Of a stretch of 64,000 nucleotides of DNA, positions 48,449-57,121 are shown one piece after another. The number at the start of each line of letters is the position of its first letter. The first letter of the stretch is position 1. Position numbers and translations under genes: made by a program. Source of the stretch: Thecamonas trahens ATCC 50062 (taxonomy: Eukaryota; Protista; Apusomonadida); assembly GCF_000142905.1 (NCBI RefSeq), contig NW_013657620.1:124001-188000 (forward strand). Direction: 5' to 3'. The notes below the pieces were generated by a model, which saw nothing but the letters and a program-made list of their open reading frames with translations, was not told the origin of the DNA and did no database searches.

Positions 48449-49525
48449 TTAAAATCCAAGGTCGTCGATGCAAAGGCCGTCGTGGGCGAGCTGGACATTG
48501 AGGTGGCCGACCTCCTCGGCCAGCTGGGCGTTGATGGCGTCGTGGTCAAAGTCGTCGGTCATGCCGACAAGCAGAGTCCGCCCAGGTTGAAGGTCGGCGA
48601 CAACATCGAGGGCTTGCGGGAGATTAAAGTGGGTTGGATGAGTAAAGTGGCGACGGAGGGTGTCAAGGACGAGGATGTCGATGCGCTGCGAGGTGATAAA
48701 CTCGCGTGTCTCGTGCGGGATACGCGAGACGTCCGAGATGTAGACCACGCGGGTAGTGGCTTCGGAGCCAAAGATAAAGCCGAGAGAGATGTAGTCCTCG
48801 CCATGCATGACCGGAATGGGCATGATCTCCAGGTCGCCGACGGTGAACGGCTCCATGGGCGCGATGACGTTCCACGAGAGCTGGGCAACCTTGCGGGTCA
48901 CGCCCTTGATCACCTCGGGCTCCTTGACAAGGTAGGGGAAGACCCTGCGCATGGCGTCCATGGTCCGCTGGGCGAGGAAGACCGGCGTCGGCTCGGGCTT
49001 GTACTCGTGCTCCATGACCTCGTCACCTCCTCCGGCGGCATCATTCTCTGCGGCAGCATCGCGATCGGCAGCCTGCGCCTCTGCATCCGTCAAAGGCGGG
49101 CCTGTGAGCGAGACCAGCTTGACGGGCGGCTTTGGGCACTTCTTGGGCTCGACACAGCGGAGATCATCCAAGCCCATGATGGCATCGGCATGATCATGGG
49201 TGAGGACGACAGCATGGAGACGATGAACATTGTGTCTCGGGAACCAGCGAATGGAAGCCTCTCGAAAGTGCTTGCCAGCATCAATGAGGACGGTGGTGCC
49301 CATGGAGGACTTGATGAGCAGCGAGGGATTGCATCGATAGTTTTTGTTCTCCTCGGGCGGTCCATCGTAGGCAGCCTTGCGGCAGACGGGACACGCCTCC
49401 TCGCCCAGCATGAGGCACGAGGCAACCGGGACTCCCGACGACGAGCCAGTGCCCATAAACACGATCCCCCCTCCATGACATCCCCCCCTCTCCCCATTCC
49501 TCGTCTCGGTCCTTGCTGTCGACAT
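48449..49525 (-). CDS. Metallo-beta-lactamase-fold hydrolase (PhnP/YycJ-like)
   Basis: FMGTGSSSGVP, NYRCNPSLLI, VLIDAGK, LTHDHADAIMGLDDLR, VMHG, YISDVS, HPTHF, AHDG. Start ATG is uncertain. Confidence 0.9.
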   Translation of the reverse strand: MSTARTETRNGERGGCHGGGIVFMGTGSSSGVPVASCLMLGEEACPVCRKAAYDGPPEENKNYRCNPSLLIKSSMGTTVLIDAGKHFREASIRWFPRHNVHRLHAVVLTHDHADAIMGLDDLRCVEPKKCPKPPVKLVSLTGPPLTDAEAQAADRDAAAENDAAGGGDEVMEHEYKPEPTPVFLAQRTMDAMRRVFPYLVKEPEVIKGVTRKVAQLSWNVIAPMEPFTVGDLEIMPIPVMHGEDYISLGFIFGSEATTRVVYISDVSRIPHETREFITSQRIDILVLDTLRRHFTHPTHFNLPQALDVVADLQPGRTLLVGMTDDFDHDAINAQLAEEVGHLNVQLAHDGLCIDDLGF

Positions 49526-50166
49526 GCTCCCTGTCTCTCTCGTCGTCAAGTGCTCGTTCCCCCCTCCGTCGTCTCCGTCTCTGTTGCCGTCCGTCACCGT
49601 CGCTGACTCTGTCGCCGTCCCCGTCTCCACTGCCAACACCCTCGCTCACTTTCTCGATTGCCGACAGAGCGATCGCTTCGCAGGCTCGACAGCCTGAGAG
49701 ATTCCCTCGCACTTACTGCGCCGGCCATCATTGTCAGTACATCGTGCCGATTGGCCCGGCGCACGCCGATCAAGGCCATCGGAGCTCTTGTCAGAGTACG
49801 GTACCATCCGCTTGGCTTTGCTCAGCCGGCCGCAAATGGTAGCAACTTGTAGCAGTTGCGACAGGTCTCTGCTATCCGCTGTTTGTCGGGGGCTTACCCA
49901 CACTGTCTCGCATCCATCACACCCAGAGGTCGGAAGGATGCCGAGGTGCGGTGGATCGGGGGTGATAGAGGGAATGATCAGGGTGGCCCAGGGCAGGCGA
50001 TGGAGAAAGAGGTGGTCATGATGGTTGTCTAGACCAAGAGTGATGGGTGGGGACGGTTGGTTTGAGCTGAGTCTGAGCTGAGTTTGCGCTGAGCGATAGC
50101 GACGGCGACAGCAATAGCGACAGCCACTGCTCGTGTGAGAGCAGGTGAGCTAGGAAGAGGGAGAGT

Positions 50167-51627
50167 ATGCTGGCATGGGTATGGCATCCGCTTCCGAGGC
50201 GGGAGCACATGAGTCTGACCCTCTTTCTGGTCTCCTTCTACACTCTGGTCGGCGCGTACTGGCTTGTCCGCCCACTCAAAGTCGGCGTCTTTGTGGCTCT
50301 GGTCGGTCTCTCCTCAGAGCCGGAGGCCAAGCTCGGCACCCTGGTTGTCCTCCTCCCCATCCTACTGGGCTACAATGCTGCTGTTGCCCGGGTCACCGAT
50401 ATGAAGCGACTGGTTGCTGTGGTTGCCGGCGCTTATGCGGCCATCTTTGCCGCCATCGGCCTCGTCCTGCCCATCGCACTCGCATCGTCATCGTCGCCAT
50501 CGCCTTCCTTGTCGGCGTCGTGGGCTTGGCTGGGCTGGGTCACGTACTGGGTCATCGAGTCGTTTGGATCGGTGTGTGTGGCGATGATGTGGTCGGTCCT
50601 CTCGTCAGTGCTGGCGTCGCGGCCAAAGGCGACAGCGGCGCATGTGTATCCGCTGGCAGTGGTGGTCTGCCAGCTTGGGGCCATCACGGGTGCGAGTCTA
50701 GCGACGCGGACCGCGTCTCTTGGCTTTGGGTTTATGTTCTTTGTCGGTGCTGCTGCAGTTGCCGGCGTCATCGTCACTTCGTCGGCGGCAGTGTCGTACG
50801 CTGCGGCTAGCGCGGTGGCAGCGCCAAGCGAGGCCGCTGAGGCCGGTCTGCTCAGTGGCGGACAGCTGGCGGCGCAGATCGAGACGCTCGAGGACAAGAA
50901 CGCACCACAAGCAGCAGCAAGTGCGAGTCATTTGCCGCCGCCGCGCGGCGGGCGCGGCAGTGCGGCGCAGCGCAGACAGCGGCGACAGACCGGCCTGCTC
51001 GAGGGCTTGATCATCATCGGGACCGACACGTATGTCGGTGGCATCCTTGTTGTCTCGACCTTTGCCGAGCTCATCGGCACCATTCTCGACTACCAGATGA
51101 AGGTGGTGGCCAAGCGAGAGTATGCAACGCCCGAGGCCTTTGCCGGCTTTATGGGCTACTTTGGCGTGGCGGTCAACTCGATGTCGCTCGTGTTCGCGCT
51201 TGTGGGGACCAAGCGGTTCTTGGCCATGTTTGGCCTCCGTGCGGCGCTGCTGGCGTATCCCCTGGGGTGTGCATCGGTGGTAGGCCTCGTGTACCTCGCG
51301 CCTTCGCTTGCGTTTATGTTTGTGGGCATGGTTGCGCTCAAGGCGTTCAACTACTCGCTCAACAACCCGGCCAAGGAGCTGCTGTACCTCTCGACGACGC
51401 CCGACGTGCGGTTCAAGGCCAAGTCGTGGATCGACATGTTTGGGACACGGCTGGCCAAGGGCGTGGGTGCGTCGATCACAGCTCGGCTCAAGAACTCGAC
51501 GGCGGCGCTCCTTGAGTCCGGCTCGCTGGTCTCGGCCGGCTTTGCGGCCGTGTGGATTGTGGTGGCGTCGAGTGTTGGGCGACAGTATGCACGCCGTGCT
51601 GTGGCCGGAAGCGCCAGCGGGAGCTAG
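50167..51627 (+). CDS. NTT/TLC (AAA) family nucleotide transporter-like membrane protein
   Basis: About 12 TM segments; YWLVRPLK, YWVIESFGS...MW, QLGAITG, TILDYQMK, KAFNYSLNNPAKELLY, FKAKSWIDMFGTRLAKGVG. Confidence 0.82.
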   Translation: MLAWVWHPLPRREHMSLTLFLVSFYTLVGAYWLVRPLKVGVFVALVGLSSEPEAKLGTLVVLLPILLGYNAAVARVTDMKRLVAVVAGAYAAIFAAIGLVLPIALASSSSPSPSLSASWAWLGWVTYWVIESFGSVCVAMMWSVLSSVLASRPKATAAHVYPLAVVVCQLGAITGASLATRTASLGFGFMFFVGAAAVAGVIVTSSAAVSYAAASAVAAPSEAAEAGLLSGGQLAAQIETLEDKNAPQAAASASHLPPPRGGRGSAAQRRQRRQTGLLEGLIIIGTDTYVGGILVVSTFAELIGTILDYQMKVVAKREYATPEAFAGFMGYFGVAVNSMSLVFALVGTKRFLAMFGLRAALLAYPLGCASVVGLVYLAPSLAFMFVGMVALKAFNYSLNNPAKELLYLSTTPDVRFKAKSWIDMFGTRLAKGVGASITARLKNSTAALLESGSLVSAGFAAVWIVVASSVGRQYARRAVAGSASGS

Positions 51628-53354
51628 AGCGAGTCGGAGACATCATAGCGCGAGGCGTAGGAGATGTCAGACCACATGGAGCCGAAGAGCGAGCCGCGCG
51701 AGGAGCGGCCGAGCGGGACGAGCGAGCCTGTGGTGGTGCGGCGGCGCGAGGCGCGCGGGGCGTCCGAGTCCGAGCCGGAGCCCGAGGTCGACGAGTAGCC
51801 GACGCACGACGACTCACCGGTGGAGGAGAAGCCGAGGCCAAAGTCGATGGCGTCGTCGGGGACGGCCGGTAGGTGGCCCGGATCATCGTCGTAGGCCGAG
51901 TCGTCCGAGGCCGTCGGCGCTTCCGCGGCGCGGCGGACTGGGTCAAAGTACTCGTGCTCGAGCGCGGCGGCGGCAGAGATGCGGCGTTCGGGATTGTAGG
52001 CAAGGGTGCGGCGGAGGAGGTTGAGGGCGGAGCTCGAGACGTTGTCGTGGTTGTCGTCGGTGACGAGGGCGCGGAACGACTTGACTTTGTGCGCGGTCCG
52101 CTTGACAGCGCCCGGCAGGGCGACGCCGACCGAATCGACGTAGGCCTTGAGCTTTGCGGTGCCCAGTAGCCGGGTGTATAGCACAAGTTGCTCGACGTCC
52201 GACTGCATGCCGGTGAAGAACGGAATGCGGCGAAATAGCATGGAGGCAAAGACAATGCCGGCGGACCAAACGTCGACGGCGGCGCCGTACTGGTGGATGT
52301 GCAGGAGGAGCTCGGGCGCCTTGTAGGGGCGGGTGCCCGGGAAGCGGGTAAACGACTTGCCCGGGCGGAGGAGGCCGGCGCAGCCCCAATCAATGAGACG
52401 GACCTTGCGACGGCCGTGATCGATGAGCACATTGGCCGGCTTGATGTCGCGATGGACAACACCGGCGTCGTGGGCATAGGCCAGGGCGAGGAAGAGCTTA
52501 TACATGTAGGTTCGGATGTCGGTGTCGGAGAGGACGCAGTAGAGCGACTGCCAGCGGTTCTCGTCGACGTGCTCAAAGACCAAGTGGGCGACACCCTCGC
52601 GGTCGCGGACCGTGTCGTACAGCCGCACAATGTTCGGCCCGTCGTGGATCCGCAGCAGGGTGTTGATTTCCTTCCGGGTCCGGTTCCGCTCGTCCTCCTC
52701 CTCACGCATCTCCTTCAGCGCGACCGGCACACCAGAAGCCTTGTGCCAGCCCAGAAAGACCTCGCCGTACGAGCCCGAGCCAAGATGCTCACCGAAGCGG
52801 TACTTGGCGAGCGAGCCCCAGTGGACGGTAAAGGCGCCGTCGTCGTTGGGCTTGAGCACCCACGGCGGCCGCACCACCCGCAGCCGCGACTTGCGTCGCC
52901 GGGCCTTGGCCTTGCTCCGCAACTCTGCCTTTTTGGCCACCCGTCGCGCATTGCGTCGCCGCCGTCCCTTGCCCCGGCCAGCATCCGATCCCGACGCCGA
53001 CGCCGTGGCCGTAGCCGTTGGCGATCTCGGCCGCGATCTCCGGCTTGCCGATTGTCGTCCGGTTGCAGCCCTGACCTTGGTCTTCGTAGCCGCCTTCTTC
53101 GCCTTGGTCTTGGGCCTTGACCTCGACTTGAGCTTGGACTTGGACTTGTCCTTGGCCATCTTCCGCGATCTGTCGGACCTGCTGCTCCTCTTCTTGCTCG
53201 CCGACCTTCTCCGGCTGCTCTTTCCTGCCCTCCCTACACTCCGCGACATGGGCGTGGCGGTATTCCTCCTTGACCTTCGACTGGAGCCATGCGCGGGCCA
53301 TGACGACGATGACGATGATGATGACGATGATGATGATGATGATGATGATGGCAT
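51624..53354 (-). CDS. Divergent casein kinase II alpha-like (CMGC) kinase with an Arg/Lys/Ser-rich N-terminal extension
   Basis: VHWGSLAKY, LGSGSYGEVFLG, GPNIVRLYDTVRD, LVFEHV, VHRDIKPANVLIDH, RLIDWG (CK2-specific DWG), YKAPELL, DVWSAG, EQLVLYTRLLGT, ALEHEYF. ATG at 53354. Confidence 0.88.
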   Translation of the reverse strand: MPSSSSSSSSSSSSSSSSWPAHGSSRRSRRNTATPMSRSVGRAGKSSRRRSASKKRSSRSDRSRKMAKDKSKSKLKSRSRPKTKAKKAATKTKVRAATGRQSASRRSRPRSPTATATASASGSDAGRGKGRRRRNARRVAKKAELRSKAKARRRKSRLRVVRPPWVLKPNDDGAFTVHWGSLAKYRFGEHLGSGSYGEVFLGWHKASGVPVALKEMREEEDERNRTRKEINTLLRIHDGPNIVRLYDTVRDREGVAHLVFEHVDENRWQSLYCVLSDTDIRTYMYKLFLALAYAHDAGVVHRDIKPANVLIDHGRRKVRLIDWGCAGLLRPGKSFTRFPGTRPYKAPELLLHIHQYGAAVDVWSAGIVFASMLFRRIPFFTGMQSDVEQLVLYTRLLGTAKLKAYVDSVGVALPGAVKRTAHKVKSFRALVTDDNHDNVSSSALNLLRRTLAYNPERRISAAAALEHEYFDPVRRAAEAPTASDDSAYDDDPGHLPAVPDDAIDFGLGFSSTGESSCVGYSSTSGSGSDSDAPRASRRRTTTGSLVPLGRSSRGSLFGSMWSDISYASRYDVSDSL

Positions 53355-53975
53355 GGTGGGGTGGGTCGGGGCCTTGGGTGTGGGAGTTGTGGTTTCGTGG
53401 GGTGTGTGGGTGATGTGGCAGGGACGGGGGGTGGTGGTGGTGTGTGGTGGTGGTGGTGTGTGGTGGTGGTGTGTAGTGGTGGTGGTGGTGGTGTGTAGTG
53501 GTGGTTGTGTGTGGTGGGTGCGGGTGGCGGTCTGTGGTGGTTGGTGGCTGTCTCCGGCTCGGCGGATGGTCCGAGGTGATTCGGTAGTGCCAAACTGACA
53601 ATGATTTGGCAACAGGGACGGGTTGGGGGTTGGGTGGGGTAGGGGGAAGGGGGGAGGGGAGAGGGGGGGGGAGGGGGGAAAGGGGGGAAATATGGGGAAG
53701 GGAGGAAAGATGGGGAGGGGGGAAGGGGGAAGGAGGGAGGAGGAGGCTGGTCATTCCAGCCATCGGTGGTCAGAATCAGGAGTCGGTAGCGAATTTTGTT
53801 TAATGTTTTCGCCGGAACGTTGCAACTGGGAGCTACTGCCAACGCCACCGGCCAGCGCTACGACCACGACGACAGCTACAGGCACATCCACATCCATCGC
53901 TCATTACTGCTCTTCACCTCTCCAAAGACCACTACTTATTATCTGAAATTCATCTCTGCCAGCTGAGGAAAGGCA

Positions 53976-54572
53976 ATGGTGTTGACGCTGCTTGTTGCGG
54001 TTACCATTGCAGGAGCAAAGGGCGGCAAGTCGAGCAGTTACAGCAGCAGCAGCGGCGAGAGTAGCGAGGACAGGACGTATGACGACTTGATCGAGCACTC
54101 AGAGTGGGAGGGTTGGGATGCTACCGTGGATGATGACCGATATGTGTTCTTTATGGCCGACAAGGACTGGAGCTCGGGTTTCTGGCATGTCAAGGCTACG
54201 GTGCCTGAGGACGCCACACTGGCCCAGCTTACGCTGCAGATTCTGCGATGGAAAATCCGATACTACGTCAATCACAAAACGGTGATGCATCACAGCAGTA
54301 CGACGACGTGGGAGACGAGCATGGAGGGCGTTCTTACCTTTATCAAGCCCAATGCAGCAGTCTTTGACTTTGACGAGGGCTTGCCGCCGCCGCCGGGCGC
54401 TCGCTGCTGCTGCTTCAAAGATTGCTCGGGCACGTACCATCGCCGCAGCTTCGAGGCCGATGTCTCAGGCACGATCACCCGCAACGGTAAGTCTGTCCGT
54501 GGCAAGAGCTCAAGAAAACTCAAGGCCGGTAACTACGACATACCCGTCCTGCTTCGTGATGAACGCGCCTAG
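53976..54572 (+). CDS. Hypothetical small secreted protein (198 aa)
   Basis: ATG followed by the hydrophobic signal-like MVLTLLVAVTIAGA; aromatic, beta-rich body with a CCC..C cluster. No family recognised. Confidence 0.6.
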   Translation: MVLTLLVAVTIAGAKGGKSSSYSSSSGESSEDRTYDDLIEHSEWEGWDATVDDDRYVFFMADKDWSSGFWHVKATVPEDATLAQLTLQILRWKIRYYVNHKTVMHHSSTTTWETSMEGVLTFIKPNAAVFDFDEGLPPPPGARCCCFKDCSGTYHRRSFEADVSGTITRNGKSVRGKSSRKLKAGNYDIPVLLRDERA

Positions 54573-54806
54573 TGCTGTGCCCAGCCGCGCCCGCGCCCGC
54601 GACCACGCATTGCCGCCGTACTCGGCCATTATCCGACCATGACCCTCCCCCAGCCCCCCGCCCCCCAACCACCACCACCAGCAGAATCGCCACCCCCAGC
54701 ATGATTATCACTCGTCCCATCAATCACCAACCCCCCTCCAACCACCCCATCAACCACCACTCCCTTGGGCCTGACCCCCGCCCCCCCAACCCACCACCAC
54801 CAGCAG

Positions 54807-55211
54807 NNNNNNNNNNNNNNNNNNNNNNNNNNNNNNNNNNNNNNNNNNNNNNNNNNNNNNNNNNNNNNNNNNNNNNNNNNNNNNNNNNNNNNNNNNNNNN
54901 NNNNNNNNNNNNNNNNNNNNNNNNNNNNNNNNNNNNNNNNNNNNNNNNNNNNNNNNNNNNNNNNNNNNNNNNNNNNNNNNNNNNNNNNNNNNNNNNNNNN
55001 NNNNNNNNNNNNNNNNNNNNNNNNNNNNNNNNNNNNNNNNNNNNNNNNNNNNNNNNNNNNNNNNNNNNNNNNNNNNNNNNNNNNNNNNNNNNNNNNNNNN
55101 NNNNNNNNNNNNNNNNNNNNNNNNNNNNNNNNNNNNNNNNNNNNNNNNNNNNNNNNNNNNNNNNNNNNNNNNNNNNNNNNNNNNNNNNNNNNNNNNNNNN
55201 NNNNNNNNNNN
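54807..55211. other. Assembly gap (N run)
   Basis: N run in the sequence. Confidence 1.
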
Positions 55212-55258
55212 ACCCACACACCCACCCCCACCCCCACCACCCCCTCCACACACACACC

Positions 55259-57121
55259 ATGTCCTCGGGGCTACGGGTCTCATACTTCCACTCGGAATCC
55301 GTGGGTGGCTTCTACTATGGCCGGGGTCACCCCATGAAGCCTCCACGGCTGTCGCTGACCCATGCCCTTGTCAAGGCTTATGGCCTCGACCGCCAAATGG
55401 AGGTCTACTCGCTGCGGAGGGCCACGGTGGAGGAGGCCCTGCTCTTCCACACGCCCGAGTATGTCTCCTTCCTGGCAGAGCTGGATGGCATCGACCTTGG
55501 CTCGCCGCCTAGGACCCTTCCTCCTGCTACAGGCCTTGTCCTCGCTCCCCGCGATCCGTACTCGGCCCGTCTCGCTCGCTGCTTTCCTCCGCTCGGCCTG
55601 CCCATGGCCTCGACATCACGCTCGCCTCGCCCGTCATCGCTGTCGCACGGGCGACAGGCTGGCCACGGCCATCAAGGATGCTTGACTCCTCAAGTGAGTC
55701 AGCAGTCGGCTGAAGATCTTGCTGCCGCCAAGAAAGCGCTGGAAGAGTCGATGCGGAGACACAACCTCGGCCACGACGATGTGCCGGTCTTTGACGGCGT
55801 CCTCGACTTTTCGCTCCTCTCCTCGGGCGGCTCCATCGACGGCGCCGCAAGGCTCAATGCAGGCGTGTGTGATGTGGCCATCAACTGGTCCGGCGGCCTC
55901 CACCACGCCAAGAAGCAGGCCGCCTCGGGCTTTTGCTACATGAACGACATTGTGCTCGCCATTCTGGAGCTGCTCAAGTTCAACCCGCGCGTCCTCTACA
56001 TCGACATCGACGTCCACCACGGCGATGGCGTGGAAGAGGCCTTTTACGAGACCGACCGTGTCATGACCGTCTCCTTCCACATGTACGGCGAAGGGTTCTT
56101 CCCGGGCACCGGCGCCCGCGAGGACATCGGCGAGGGTGAGGGCAAGCAGCACGCTATCAATGTTCCGCTCCGCGCAGGCATCGACGACCGTTCGTATGCT
56201 TACATCTTCAAGCCGGTCATCGCCGCCATCATCGAGTCATACCAGCCCACCGCCATCGTCCTCCAGTGCGGTGCAGACTCGCTGGGATGCGACCGCCTCG
56301 GCTGCTTCAACCTCACCATCGGCCAGCATGCAGACTGCCTCGCCTTTGTCAAGTCGTTTGGCATCCCGCTGCTCGTCCTCGGTGGCGGCGGGTACACCGT
56401 GCCCAACGTCGCCCGCCTTTGGACCGTCGAGACCGCCACCGTCCTCGACGTCGAGCTCACCAACGACGTCATCCCCTACACAGAACACTTTGACTTGTTC
56501 GGGCCATCGTTCAAGCTTATTCCCGATACCCACGCCGGCATCGCTAACCTCAACACCCGCACCTACCTCGACAAGATGAAATCCGACATTCTGCAGCAGC
56601 TCAAGACCATTCCCTTTGTCCCGGCCGTCCAGATGTCCACCATTCCGCCGGCTGCCTACCGCGCTGGCGAGTGGAACGCCGCCCTCACCGACGACGCCGA
56701 CCCCGACGACCGCTCCGCTCACGCTGCAGGCGTCTCGGTCCTGCGCGCCCCGGGCGTTGAAGGCGAGCTCTTTGCTGCAGACTCGGACAACGTCGGCGAG
56801 ACCTCCGGCGCTCCGCCCAAGACCACAACCCCTCCCAAGCCCGCCGCCACTCCGGCAACCCCAAACCCGACGCCTGCCACTGCACCTGCCACACCCAAGC
56901 GGAAGCGTAGCTCGCCGGTTCCTGACCTGCCGCCGACCAAAAAGCACGCTCCGCTCGCATCCGCGCCCGCTCCCGCCAACACTCTGCCCGCCACCACCGA
57001 CACCGGTGTCACCGACGGCACCGCCGCGGACGCGTCAGCCATGGACATCGCGCCGCCAACCCAGGCCGACTCGGACGTCCTCGTCGCCGCACCAGGCACC
57101 GCTGCTTTATCCAGACACTGA
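55259..57121 (+). CDS. HDAC3: Class I histone deacetylase, HDAC3/Hos2-like
   Basis: YYGRGHPMKP, AINWSGGLHHAKK, ASGFCY, YIDIDVHHGDGVEEAFY, FFPGTG, YQPTAIVLQCGADSLGCDRLGCFNL, GGGGYT. ATG at 55259. Confidence 0.93.
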   Translation: MSSGLRVSYFHSESVGGFYYGRGHPMKPPRLSLTHALVKAYGLDRQMEVYSLRRATVEEALLFHTPEYVSFLAELDGIDLGSPPRTLPPATGLVLAPRDPYSARLARCFPPLGLPMASTSRSPRPSSLSHGRQAGHGHQGCLTPQVSQQSAEDLAAAKKALEESMRRHNLGHDDVPVFDGVLDFSLLSSGGSIDGAARLNAGVCDVAINWSGGLHHAKKQAASGFCYMNDIVLAILELLKFNPRVLYIDIDVHHGDGVEEAFYETDRVMTVSFHMYGEGFFPGTGAREDIGEGEGKQHAINVPLRAGIDDRSYAYIFKPVIAAIIESYQPTAIVLQCGADSLGCDRLGCFNLTIGQHADCLAFVKSFGIPLLVLGGGGYTVPNVARLWTVETATVLDVELTNDVIPYTEHFDLFGPSFKLIPDTHAGIANLNTRTYLDKMKSDILQQLKTIPFVPAVQMSTIPPAAYRAGEWNAALTDDADPDDRSAHAAGVSVLRAPGVEGELFAADSDNVGETSGAPPKTTTPPKPAATPATPNPTPATAPATPKRKRSSPVPDLPPTKKHAPLASAPAPANTLPATTDTGVTDGTAADASAMDIAPPTQADSDVLVAAPGTAALSRH

